Made by a program: the position numbers and the translations under genes
Part shown: piece after piece, positions 36,078 to 44,671 of the stretch
Numbering within the stretch: the stretch's first letter is position 1
Layout: each line of letters starts with the position of its first letter
Assembly: GCA_902794055.1 (NCBI GenBank)
Contig: CADBGC010000008.1
Coordinates: forward strand, 1-54,449
Length of the DNA: 54,449 bases
Direction of reading: 5' to 3'
From: an uncultured Eubacteriales bacterium
GTDB lineage: Bacteria > Bacillota > Clostridia > Christensenellales > CAG-138
The notes under the pieces: generated by a model
Told to the model about the DNA's origin: nothing
Seen by the model: only the letters and a program-made list of their open reading frames with translations
Databases searched by the model: none

Positions 36078-36081
36078 AGTA

Positions 36082-36103
36082 TTGGTTAGCGAGCACTAAC
36101 CAA
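36082..36103. promoter_or_regulatory. Palindromic operator candidate immediately downstream of the -10 element
   Basis: TTGGTTAG-cgagca-CTAACCAA, with perfect 8-bp arms. Confidence 0.45.
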
Positions 36104-36158
36104 GTTTGCGCCATGCAACCATTTTGCTCGCGAATCCTTAGCGAAAGGAAGTGTTATC

Positions 36159-36368
36159 ATGCCTTTAACTCTCGCTCCCATCGGCGAAGGCAATATCATC
36201 AAGCGCATCGGCGGCAGCGCCGAGGTTAAGAAGCATCTCAGCGATCTCGGCTTCGTTCCGGGAGGCGAGGTGCGCGTGATCTCCATGCTCGGCGGCAACG
36301 TTATCGTGAGCGTTAAGGAATCGCGCATCGCGATAAGCCGAGAAATGGCGATGAAGATCATGGTATGA
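36159..36368 (+). CDS. feoA: FeoA-domain protein
   Basis: 69-aa SH3-like FeoA pattern (LAPIGEGNIIKRIGGSAEVKKHLSDLGFVPGGEVRV). Confidence 0.9.
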   Translation: MPLTLAPIGEGNIIKRIGGSAEVKKHLSDLGFVPGGEVRVISMLGGNVIVSVKESRIAISREMAMKIMV

Positions 36369-36378
36369 ATGATATGAT

Positions 36379-36433
36379 CGGAAGAAATTCCACCGGAATT
36401 TCTTCCGCAACTATTCACCATTCATTATCCACT
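36379..36433 (-). repeat. Heptad-repeat intergenic element, copy 4, with a perfect 12-bp hairpin
   Basis: Minus strand t AGTGGAT AATGAAT GGTGAAT AGTTGCGG, running into GGAAGAAATTCC-ggt-GGAATTTCTTCC (36379-36405). It lies between the two feoA genes and is antisense to them. Confidence 0.65.
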
Positions 36434-36462
36434 ATTAACTAACAATACCGGGAGGTGTTTGA

Positions 36463-36684
36463 ATGAAAACTTTGAAGGAAACCCCCATCGGGGCAACCGT
36501 CCGCGTTGTGAAGCTTCACGGCGAGGGCGCAGTCAAGCGCAGGATCATGGACATGGGCATCACCAAGGGCGTGGAGGTGCACGTTCGCAAGGTGGCGCCG
36601 CTCGGCGATCCCATCGAGGTAAACGTTCGCGGCTACGAGCTCTCCATCCGCAAGGCGGATGCGGATATGATCGAGGTGCAGTAA
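36463..36684 (+). CDS. feoA: FeoA-domain protein (second copy)
   Basis: 73 aa, with TVRVVKLHGEGAVKRRIMDMGITKGVEVHVRKVAPLGDPIEV. GGGAGGTG RBS. Confidence 0.9.
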   Translation: MKTLKETPIGATVRVVKLHGEGAVKRRIMDMGITKGVEVHVRKVAPLGDPIEVNVRGYELSIRKADADMIEVQ

Positions 36685-36749
36685 CCTCGGCTTTTAGCGC
36701 CGCTTCGACCGAAAACGCGCGGATGATCCGCATTTTTTACGGCAAACAT

Positions 36750-36765
36750 GTTAGCTTTAGCTAAC
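36750..36765. promoter_or_regulatory. Second palindrome sharing the GTTAGC/GCTAAC half-sites
   Basis: GTTAGCT-tt-AGCTAAC, about 40 nt upstream of the feoB start codon. Confidence 0.35.
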
Positions 36766-36804
36766 TTAAAGAGCCTAAACAAACGGCAAACAGGAGAAAA
36801 CATT

Positions 36805-39216
36805 ATGGCAAACACGAGAATAGCCCTTGCGGGCAACCCGAACAGCGGCAAAACCACGCTGTTCAACGCGCTGACGGGCTCGAACCAGTTCGTCGGCAAC
36901 TGGCCGGGCGTAACGGTCGAAAAGAAGGAAGGCAAGCTTAAAAAGCACGATGACGTTACCATCACCGACCTTCCCGGCATCTATTCACTTTCGCCCTACA
37001 CGCTCGAGGAGGTCGTGGCAAGAAACTACCTGATCGGCGAGCGCCCCGATGCGATACTGAATATCGTGGACGGCACGAACCTTGAGAGAAACCTCTATCT
37101 CACCACCCAGCTTCTCGAGCTCGGCATCCCCGTTGTTATTGCGATAAACATGATGGATATCGTGAAAAAGAACGGCGATAAGCTGAACACACAGGAGCTT
37201 TCAAGGAGCCTCGGCTGCCCGATCGTGGAGATATCCGCGCTCAAGGGCACGGGCGTTCAGGAAGCTGCCGAAGCCGCAATAGCTGCTGCAAAGGGCGGCA
37301 AAAAGCCCCCCGTCAGCACTTTTTCGGGCACGGTGGAGCATGCGCTTGCGCATATCGAGGAGGCCACTGTCCACGGCTTCCCCGAGGAAAAGCAGCGCTG
37401 GTACGCGGTAAAGCTGTTTGAGCGCGATGAAAAGGTGCTCGAGGAGCTGAATCTTCCTGCGGATACGAGGGCGCATATCGAAAAGGATATCGCCGCCGTT
37501 GAAGCGGAGCTGGACGACGATGCCGAGAGCATCATCACCAACGAGCGCTACGTCTACATAGCGGAGCTTATCAAGGGCGCATATAAGAAGAAAAACGCCG
37601 GCAAGCTCACGGTTTCGGATAAGATCGACCGCGTGGTAACGAACCGCTGGCTCGCGCTTCCCATCTTTGCGCTCGTTATGTTCCTCGTTTACTACATCGC
37701 CGTTTCCAAGGTCGGCGGCGCAATGACCGACTGGACGAACGACAATCTCTTCGGCGACGGCTTCCATCTTCTCGGCATCGGCCAAAAGGAATACGATGAA
37801 AAGATGGACGAATACGCCAAGGAATTCGTGTTCACCGAAGATATTCGCTCCACCGTTGAAGCGGCCGAAAAAGCGGGCGTTATCGGTGCGGACGAGCTTA
37901 TGGGCGCTATCAAGGACGAGGATTTCGGCGCATTTGACGAGGCGCTCGGAACCTACGGCGATGCGCTCGACGAGGCGGGCTTCGGCATAGGCGAAACCGT
38001 TGAAGCGGCGCTCGAGGAAGCCCCCGCAACCGAGGACTACGGAGTTTGGGTGCCCGGCATACCGGTGCTCGCAGAGAAGGTGCTCACCAAGCTGAACACC
38101 CCCGAATGGCTGAACAGCCTCGTGATCGACGGCGTTATCGGCGGCGTTGGCGCGGTGCTCGGCTTCGTGCCCCAGATGCTCGTTGTGTTCCTGTTCCTTG
38201 CATTCCTCGAAAGCTGCGGCTATATGGCGCGCGTTGCGTTCGTTATGGACCGTATCTTCAGAAGGTTCGGCCTCTCCGGCAAATCCTTCATCCCGATGCT
38301 CATCGGCGTCGGCTGCGGTGTTCCCGGCATCATGGCATCGCGCACCATTGAAAACGAGCGCGACAGGCGCATGACGATAATGACCACCACCTTCATCCCC
38401 TGCGGCGCAAAGATACCGATCATCGCGCTGATCGCAAGCGCACTGTTCGGCGGCGCATGGTGGGTAGCTCCCAGCGCATACTTCGTCGGCTTTGCCGCCA
38501 TCGTTATCTCGGGCATAATCCTCAAGAAAACGCGGATGTTTGCGGGCGATCCCGCGCCGTTCGTAATGGAGCTTCCCGCATACCATTGGCCCACGCTTTC
38601 AAACGTGCTCCGCAGCATGTGGGAGCGCGGCTGGTCCTTCATCAAGAAGGCGGGAACGGTCATCTTCCTTGCCACCATCTTCATCTGGGCGGCCTCCCGC
38701 TTCGGCTGGGTGGACGGCAAATTCCTCTTCGACGTGGACATGGAGCTTGAAGCGAGCATCCTCGGCAAGATCGGCAGTGCGATCAAGTGGATCTTCGCGC
38801 CCCTCGGCTTTGGCAGCGGCGATGAAGGCACCAAGGCCACCATCGCCACGATCATGGGTCTTGTTGCAAAGGAAGAGGTCGTTGGCGTGTTCGGCGTGCT
38901 CGACTTCGGCGGCCTTACGCAGCTTGCGGGCTACAGCTTCCTGATCTTCAACCTGCTCTGCGCGCCCTGCTTCGCGGCTATCGGCGCTATCCGCAGGGAG
39001 ATGAACTCGGCGAAGTGGACTTGGTTCGCTATCCTGTACCAGTGCATATTTGCCTACGTTATCGCTCTGATCTTCTATCAGCTCGGAATGCTGTTTGTCG
39101 GCAGCGCGAATGCGGTTTGGCTTGTGATCGCGCTCATCCTCCTTGCTGGGCTTGTCTACCTCCTTTTCAGGCCCTATAAGGAAGCCACCAAGCTCGAAAT
39201 GAAGCTTAAAAAGTAA
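36805..39216 (+). CDS. feoB: Ferrous iron transporter FeoB (803 aa)
   Basis: G-domain motif GNPNSGKTTLFNALTG plus polytopic gate domains. The ATG at 36805 follows a CAGGAG RBS, and the track start at 36748 is rejected. The 461-aa antisense ORF is also rejected. Confidence 0.95.
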   Translation: MANTRIALAGNPNSGKTTLFNALTGSNQFVGNWPGVTVEKKEGKLKKHDDVTITDLPGIYSLSPYTLEEVVARNYLIGERPDAILNIVDGTNLERNLYLTTQLLELGIPVVIAINMMDIVKKNGDKLNTQELSRSLGCPIVEISALKGTGVQEAAEAAIAAAKGGKKPPVSTFSGTVEHALAHIEEATVHGFPEEKQRWYAVKLFERDEKVLEELNLPADTRAHIEKDIAAVEAELDDDAESIITNERYVYIAELIKGAYKKKNAGKLTVSDKIDRVVTNRWLALPIFALVMFLVYYIAVSKVGGAMTDWTNDNLFGDGFHLLGIGQKEYDEKMDEYAKEFVFTEDIRSTVEAAEKAGVIGADELMGAIKDEDFGAFDEALGTYGDALDEAGFGIGETVEAALEEAPATEDYGVWVPGIPVLAEKVLTKLNTPEWLNSLVIDGVIGGVGAVLGFVPQMLVVFLFLAFLESCGYMARVAFVMDRIFRRFGLSGKSFIPMLIGVGCGVPGIMASRTIENERDRRMTIMTTTFIPCGAKIPIIALIASALFGGAWWVAPSAYFVGFAAIVISGIILKKTRMFAGDPAPFVMELPAYHWPTLSNVLRSMWERGWSFIKKAGTVIFLATIFIWAASRFGWVDGKFLFDVDMELEASILGKIGSAIKWIFAPLGFGSGDEGTKATIATIMGLVAKEEVVGVFGVLDFGGLTQLAGYSFLIFNLLCAPCFAAIGAIRREMNSAKWTWFAILYQCIFAYVIALIFYQLGMLFVGSANAVWLVIALILLAGLVYLLFRPYKEATKLEMKLKK

Positions 39217-39301
39217 AATTCGGGCAAATGTGAGCGTATAATAAAGCATCCGGCAGCGGGAAAGCCCCTGCCGGATGCGCATACAAAATCGAGGTGATAT
39301 C

Positions 39302-39493
39302 ATGTTTCAATGGTTAGGTAAAAATATCGGAACTATCATCGTGCTTGCGTTGATAATCGCGGGCGTAGTCAGCGTGATACGCGGCATGATAAAGGAGAAA
39401 AAGAACGGCGGCTCATCCTGCGGCTGCGGCTGCTCAAGCTGCGCAATGAGCGGAAGCTGCCACGGCACGGGCGAAAGCGCCCAAAGCAAATGA
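39302..39493 (+). CDS. FeoB-associated Cys-rich small membrane protein
   Basis: 63 aa with one TM helix followed by GGSSCGCGCSSCAMSGSC. The ATG at 39302 follows a GAGGTG RBS. Confidence 0.7.
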   Translation: MFQWLGKNIGTIIVLALIIAGVVSVIRGMIKEKKNGGSSCGCGCSSCAMSGSCHGTGESAQSK

Positions 39494-39510
39494 CGGTACC
39501 AAATGAATCA

Positions 39511-39549
39511 AAAGCCCTGCGTCTCAAAAACGCAGGGCTTTGGTATTTT
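39511..39549. terminator. Bidirectional terminator between the feo operon and the convergent dockerin gene
   Basis: AAAGCCCTGCG-tctcaaaaa-CGCAGGGCTTT with T-rich and A-rich flanks. Confidence 0.75.
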
Positions 39550-39577
39550 CTAAACGCCGATCAGCTCGGAAAGTGGC

Positions 39578-40864
39578 TCACAGCCCCATTCCCATGCGCA
39601 GTATGCTGATGGCATCGGCGATGGTGATGCTGCCGTTGCCGTCCATATCGGCGGCGGCGGTATCGAGCGCGCTTTCATCGATAAGTCCCATGGAAAAGCG
39701 CAGCGCGAGGATAGCATCGGCAAGGGTAACGCTGCCGTTTCCGTCCGCATCGCCGGGAAGCGAAGCGCCGCCCTCGAACCTTGCGATGAAAACAACGCCG
39801 TCAAGCTCGCTTGCCTCGTATTCGGGGTTCATCGAGATAAGCTCGTTCTCCGCGTTGTACCAGCCCGCGAAGGTGTAGCCGTCATCGGGCTGCGCATAAA
39901 CCTTGGTGTACCAGCCGCTGAGCTCGCAGCCGACGGTGCCGCCGGGCTCGGACTTGAGGGTGTTTAGCATAAGGATCTCGTTTGCCTCAAGATCGTAAGT
40001 CGTAGTCGGATTGCCAACGCTGTAAAGCCCGAGCAGGTCGGGGTTGTTTGAAACGTCGATATACTCAAGTCCGGTGCGGTTGATACGAAGCGACTGAAGG
40101 CGATCGTTTGCGGAAACGTCAAGCCCGTCGTAAAGATCGTTGTCCGAAACGTTCAGAGAATCGAGCATGGAGAGCATGGAAACGTCGATACCGTTCAAGA
40201 GATTGTCCGAAACGTCAAGTATCTCAAGGCTCGTATTGTTTGAAACGTCCAGATCGAAGAGCATGTTGTTGCTGCAGGTGAGCTGAACAAGGCCGGGGTT
40301 TGCGGAAACGTCGAGATCAACGAGCAGGTTGCCGTCGCAGCGGAAAAAATGGAGCATGGGGCATACCGAAACGTCGATATCCGCAAGCAGGTTGTCGTAG
40401 CAATCGAAGGTCCAAAGCGAGGTGCAGCCGCTAAGGTCGATGCTTTCGATCTCGTTTGCAGAGATGTTTGCATAGTAGAGCTCGGAAAAGCCAGAAATAT
40501 CCAGATCGCCAACGAGCTGCTTATCGAAAATGAGGATGCGGCGAACGCGGTATTCGCCGTCAAACTGCTCCCATGAGAAGGTGGGCATTTCGGTGTAGTA
40601 ATCGGGATCGTAGCAGATGCCCCATGTGGCGGGATAGTTCGGATCGTAGTTTGAGCTGAGCTTCGTGCCGTTCTTTATGCCGCTAACGTCCGCGATCTCA
40701 AGGAAGGCTGCGATCTTGTTGTAGTCGTTTTCGTTGTAGCCCGCGGGAACGCTCCAAGCGGGGGTGACCTCCGCCTTGAGTGCGGATAGGGGGAGCTGCG
40801 CTGCGGTGAGTGCGACTAGCAGCGCGAGTGCCGCCGAAAGGACGGCTTTTGCGAGGTTTTTCAT
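39578..40864 (-). CDS. Secreted leucine-rich-repeat protein with a C-terminal type I dockerin
   Basis: Signal peptide, LRR units (L.DLDVS.N..L..LD) and two dockerin Ca-binding repeats (GDADGNGSVTLADAILALR and ADMDGNGSITIADAISILR). Confidence 0.85.
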   Translation of the reverse strand: MKNLAKAVLSAALALLVALTAAQLPLSALKAEVTPAWSVPAGYNENDYNKIAAFLEIADVSGIKNGTKLSSNYDPNYPATWGICYDPDYYTEMPTFSWEQFDGEYRVRRILIFDKQLVGDLDISGFSELYYANISANEIESIDLSGCTSLWTFDCYDNLLADIDVSVCPMLHFFRCDGNLLVDLDVSANPGLVQLTCSNNMLFDLDVSNNTSLEILDVSDNLLNGIDVSMLSMLDSLNVSDNDLYDGLDVSANDRLQSLRINRTGLEYIDVSNNPDLLGLYSVGNPTTTYDLEANEILMLNTLKSEPGGTVGCELSGWYTKVYAQPDDGYTFAGWYNAENELISMNPEYEASELDGVVFIARFEGGASLPGDADGNGSVTLADAILALRFSMGLIDESALDTAAADMDGNGSITIADAISILRMGMGL

Positions 40865-41181
40865 AGCTTTCTCCTTTGCGTATGATAGGATATTTTCATT
40901 TTACCCGCACGAACACCGCGTTGTCAATATTCCAAACAAAAATAAGCAATAATAAACAATAATACAGCGAGGCGCACTTTTTCTATATGAAAAACGGGCG
41001 GTCTTGGGCGCATCCGCATAAGGATAAATAGCCTCAAAAGGCATCTTTTCGCGCCATACTTCGTTAAAAATGCTCGAAAGACCACTACGAGTATTTCTCC
41101 GCTTTTCGCCTCGTCTGCCACGAAAACCCGCTCTTTTGAGGCGCTGTGCGGTTTTCAGCCAAAATCTTGAATTAAATTGAG

Positions 41182-41210
41182 CTCCGGGAATACGAACGGT
41201 ATTCCCGGAG
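41182..41210 (-). terminator. Terminator hairpin downstream of the second LRR-dockerin gene
   Basis: CTCCGGGAATAC-gaacg-GTATTCCCGGAG, a perfect 12-bp stem. Confidence 0.6.
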
Positions 41211-41300
41211 CGTTTGTCTTGGGTAAAGCGTTATATTCGGCTGAAAACCTATATCTCCTTATGCGTACACGCCCTTCCGCCCGAATCGTTTAAAAGGGTT

Positions 41301-42626
41301 TTATACGTTCATCACCATTCTTAAAACAAGAAGCGCATCGGTCGAGTTTACTGCGCCGTTGCCGTCCACATCGCTGTTTTCAAGATCGAGCTCGGTTCCG
41401 TCGATTATATTCATAGCGCAGCGCATGATGAGCACAGCATCGGAGATCGAGATCTCGCCGTCGTCGTCCGCATCGCCGATGAGGAACGGGGATTCAAACA
41501 CGGCAACGATATCGGTATAGGCAAGGTTCTTGAGGTTGAGCTGAGTGCTTGCTAAGATCTCGTTATCCTCGGTATCAAACCAGCCCGCGAAGCGGCAGTC
41601 GCCCTCGGGCACAGCCTCGGCATAGCCGTAATCATAGTTCCCGTTGTAGTAGTAGCCCACGAAGCCCTCGCCAACGGCAGTCACGCTTTCGAGCTTGAGC
41701 AGGGGATTGCTTGAAAGATCGAATTCGGCTATCTCGTTGCCAACGCAGTAGAATTCGCGAAGCATCGGGCAGAATGAAATATCAATCTCGTTGATTGCGT
41801 TGCCGGAGCAGTCGAGCAGCTCGAGCTTTTCGCAGCCCGAAATATTCAGCGCTTCAATGCCGTTATTCTGGCAAGCAAGAAACTGCATTTCGGGGCAGGA
41901 CGAAGCATCAAGAGAAGTCAGATTGCAGTTCGGCGCCCAAAGGTTGTAGAGCGAAGCACAATCGCTTAAATCAAGCTCGGAAAGCGGCGCGTTTTCGCAG
42001 GAAAAATCGGTCAGATTCTCGCAGCCCGAAAGGTTTACCGTTTCCAAATCGGTGTAGTTGCAGGTAACGAAGGTTATGCTCGGGCAGCGGGAAAGATCGA
42101 GCGAAGTAAGCGGCATATTGTCGCACCAAAGCTGCTCAAGAAGGCTGCACTCGGAAAGCTCGACCTCGGTGATATAGTTGCCGCCGATCTGAAGCTCCTT
42201 GAGCGCGGAGCAGCCCGCGATATCAAGGCGCGAAAGCCCGCATTCGCTGACGATCAGCGCCTCGAGTGCGGTGCAGGATGAAACATCGAGCGCACCGAAA
42301 AGGTTGTTCCAGCCAACGTTCATTCGCTTGATTCGGTTCTCGCCGTCAACCTCGATCCACTCAAAGCGGGTGATATAGGGATTGCCTTCCCATGTTGCTG
42401 GATCGTTCGCATCGTAGTCGCTGCCGATTTTTTCGCCGTTTTTTACGCCGCTTTCGTCCGAAATCTCAAGGAACGAAGCAACGGCGATATAGTCGTGCTC
42501 GTTATAGCCATCGGGCACGGTGATATCCGCCTCGGCGGAGCCGAAGCGTGGCGCGAAGCCGAAGGAAGCGAGCGCGAAAACCGCCGCAACCGCCGCCGCA
42601 ATGATCTTTTTGAAGAAGCTGTTCAT
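41301..42626 (-). CDS. Secreted LRR protein with a C-terminal type I dockerin (paralogue 2)
   Basis: Signal peptide, Cys-containing LRR units (LS.C..L..L.C) and dockerin repeats GDADDDGEISISDAVLIMR and SDVDGNGAVNSTDALLVLR. AGGAGG RBS. Confidence 0.85.
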   Translation of the reverse strand: MNSFFKKIIAAAVAAVFALASFGFAPRFGSAEADITVPDGYNEHDYIAVASFLEISDESGVKNGEKIGSDYDANDPATWEGNPYITRFEWIEVDGENRIKRMNVGWNNLFGALDVSSCTALEALIVSECGLSRLDIAGCSALKELQIGGNYITEVELSECSLLEQLWCDNMPLTSLDLSRCPSITFVTCNYTDLETVNLSGCENLTDFSCENAPLSELDLSDCASLYNLWAPNCNLTSLDASSCPEMQFLACQNNGIEALNISGCEKLELLDCSGNAINEIDISFCPMLREFYCVGNEIAEFDLSSNPLLKLESVTAVGEGFVGYYYNGNYDYGYAEAVPEGDCRFAGWFDTEDNEILASTQLNLKNLAYTDIVAVFESPFLIGDADDDGEISISDAVLIMRCAMNIIDGTELDLENSDVDGNGAVNSTDALLVLRMVMNV

Positions 42627-42723
42627 GGATTTATCCTCCTGTTTGCTCTTAGCAAGGCTTATTGTAAATAATCAGATCCGAATTGTCAAGCGGCAAAACG
42701 GAATTTGGCGTTTACGGGAACGC

Positions 42724-44073
42724 TCAATTCAGCCCCATTGCAAGCCTAAGTATCATCACCGCATCGGCTATGGCAACGCTGCCGTCGTTGGTTGCATCGG
42801 CGTTGATAAGGTTGATCGCATCGGAGCCAATAAGCCCCATCGCAAAGCGAAGCGCGAGGATCGCATCGGCAATGTTCACGCTGCCGTTTCCGTCCGCATC
42901 GCCAACAAGCACGGGGGAGGCGGGGGTGAAGCGCGCGGTCAGCTCGGTGTATGCCGTGTTCCAAATGCTGATATAGGGCGAAGCGGTGATGAATGCGCCG
43001 TTCTGATCGTACCAGCCCACGAAAACATAGCCCTCGTCAGCTTTTGCGGAGAGGAAGCCCTCGCTGTACGGCACGGAGTAGTGATAGCCGAAGCAGCCGC
43101 TGCCCTCGGCGCGAACGGTGTCGAGCCCGAGGCGGTCGTTGAGCTTGAGATAGGTGAAGCTGTTGCCCGCGCCGTCAAGCTCCTTTAGTGCGGTGTTCGC
43201 GGAAACGTCCAGCTCGCTTATCGCGTTGTTCATAACGTCCAGAAGAACAAGATTTGTGTTATCGCCAAGCACAAGCTCGGTGATGCCGCTGTTTGCAGCA
43301 AGCAGCTTATACAGCTTTGTGTTCGCGGAAAGATCGAGCCTTTCAAGACTGTTTTCGGGGCACCAAAGAAAGGTCAGCTCAGTATTCGCGGAAAGATCGA
43401 GCTCGGCAAACAGGTTGTTTGCGCAGCAGAGCTCCCCAAGCAAGGGTTGGTTTGAAAGATCAAGCTCGGTTAAAAGATTGTTGTTGCAGTCGAGCGCATA
43501 GAGCAGGGGATTGTTTGAAAGATCGAGCTCGGTCAGCTCGTTTCCGTCGCACCAAAGCTTGTAAAGAAGCGGATGCTCCGAAACGTCGATGCTGCCCAGC
43601 CCGTTATTGTCGCAGTAAAGCTCGCGCAGTGCGCCGCAGCCGTGCGTGTTGATAGCATCGAGGTTATCGCCGGTAGCTTCGATATACTCAAGATACGGGC
43701 AATCCGTAAGCTCAAGCGTGCCGACAACGCCGAGAAACGCCACGTCTATGCGCCAAAGGTATTTAACGCCGTTCTGCTCCGTCCAAAGCACGTGCTCGAA
43801 CACGGCGTTCAGCTCGTCTATGCTGATCCAGGTTTCGGGATCGTTCGGATCGTAGCCCGAATCCATACGAAAGCCGTTCTTAACGCCGTTTTCATCGGTT
43901 ATCTCGAAGAACGCGGCGCATTTATCGTAGTCGTGCGCATCGTAGCCCGCGGGCACAGTCCATGTGCGCGAGGGCGTGACTTCGGCACGAACGGCAAGGA
44001 GCGCGGGAAAGACGGAAAATGCGCAGAAGATCAGCGCGATTGCGGCTGAAACGAGGAATCGAGTTTTTTTCAT
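42724..44073 (-). CDS. Secreted LRR protein with a C-terminal type I dockerin (paralogue 3)
   Basis: Signal peptide, LRR units (ELDLS.N..L..L) and dockerin repeats GDADGNGSVNIADAILALR and ADATNDGSVAIADAVMILR. AAGGAG RBS. Confidence 0.85.
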   Translation of the reverse strand: MKKTRFLVSAAIALIFCAFSVFPALLAVRAEVTPSRTWTVPAGYDAHDYDKCAAFFEITDENGVKNGFRMDSGYDPNDPETWISIDELNAVFEHVLWTEQNGVKYLWRIDVAFLGVVGTLELTDCPYLEYIEATGDNLDAINTHGCGALRELYCDNNGLGSIDVSEHPLLYKLWCDGNELTELDLSNNPLLYALDCNNNLLTELDLSNQPLLGELCCANNLFAELDLSANTELTFLWCPENSLERLDLSANTKLYKLLAANSGITELVLGDNTNLVLLDVMNNAISELDVSANTALKELDGAGNSFTYLKLNDRLGLDTVRAEGSGCFGYHYSVPYSEGFLSAKADEGYVFVGWYDQNGAFITASPYISIWNTAYTELTARFTPASPVLVGDADGNGSVNIADAILALRFAMGLIGSDAINLINADATNDGSVAIADAVMILRLAMGLN

Positions 44074-44077
44074 TTGT

Positions 44078-44130
44078 AAAGGCTCCTTTAGCTATAATCA
44101 AACGCTTTAATTATAGCATGAAAAGGAGCC
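44078..44130 (-). terminator. Long imperfect hairpin between the kinase-like gene and paralogue 3
   Basis: GGCTCCTTTAGCTATAAT ... ATTATAGCatgAAAAGGAGCC. It also contains the RBS of the downstream gene, so its role is ambiguous. Confidence 0.4.
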
Positions 44131-44140
44131 GTCTATATGT

Positions 44141-44671
44141 TTAAAAATTTATATTCCCGATTATATTCCGAAAGGCAGTTTCAAGCTGCCTGTCGTTCTT
44201 GCAGCGAATGAATTTTTCGGGGTACTGATTCGCGAGCCGCTCATAATTCGCCTTTAATTCGCGCGTTCTGCCGTCATGCAGTATCCACTTGATAAATTCA
44301 AGGTCGAGCTTCTCCTCGCAGCCCTCGGTCATGCTTGCGCGGCTCTTTCCCTTGTATCTGAAGTATCTTTTGTAAGCCCGTATGAGGCAGCGAAGGGCGG
44401 GGTAGTCGAGAAAGATTATCCTGTCCGCCTCCTCCATGCGCCGCTCATAGGAAAGCTTGGTATAGTTGCCGTCAATGATCCAGCCTTTAACCGCGTTTTC
44501 ATCGAGAAATTCGGAAACGATCGCTATGCGCTCGTCCCGCTCCCGCGTTTTCCAGCCGGGCAGCCAATGTACGGTGTCAAGATGCAGCACGGGCAGCTTG
44601 AGCTTTTCGCCGAGCCTTCCCGCAAGCGTGCTCTTTCCCGAGCCGCTGTAACCGATTATCGCAATCTTCAT
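44141..44671 (-). CDS. P-loop kinase-like protein (DNA topology modulation FlaR / adenylate-kinase-like family)
   Basis: MKIAIIGYSGSGKSTLAGRL Walker A motif. 176 aa, with an ATGA overlap with the upstream transporter gene. Confidence 0.7.
   Translation of the reverse strand: MKIAIIGYSGSGKSTLAGRLGEKLKLPVLHLDTVHWLPGWKTRERDERIAIVSEFLDENAVKGWIIDGNYTKLSYERRMEEADRIIFLDYPALRCLIRAYKRYFRYKGKSRASMTEGCEEKLDLEFIKWILHDGRTRELKANYERLANQYPEKFIRCKNDRQLETAFRNIIGNINF

Noticed and set aside
14145-36433. Whether the heptad-repeat loci could be a CRISPR array or a coding low-complexity region
   Set aside because: The period is 7 nt with no spacers, each locus is under 50 nt, and the loci are dispersed and intergenic. 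No cas genes are present, and the sequences contain stop codons in all frames.
37201-38586. 461-aa minus-strand ORF (and 38220-39303 minus-strand ORFs)
   Set aside because: They are antisense to feoB and are high-GC antisense artefacts.
40865-41300. 435-bp gap between two dockerin genes, with track ORF 40924-41121
   Set aside because: The ORF has no RBS and an implausible composition. A terminator (41182-41210) and the upstream region of the downstream gene explain the gap, and I saw no repeats or RNA motifs.
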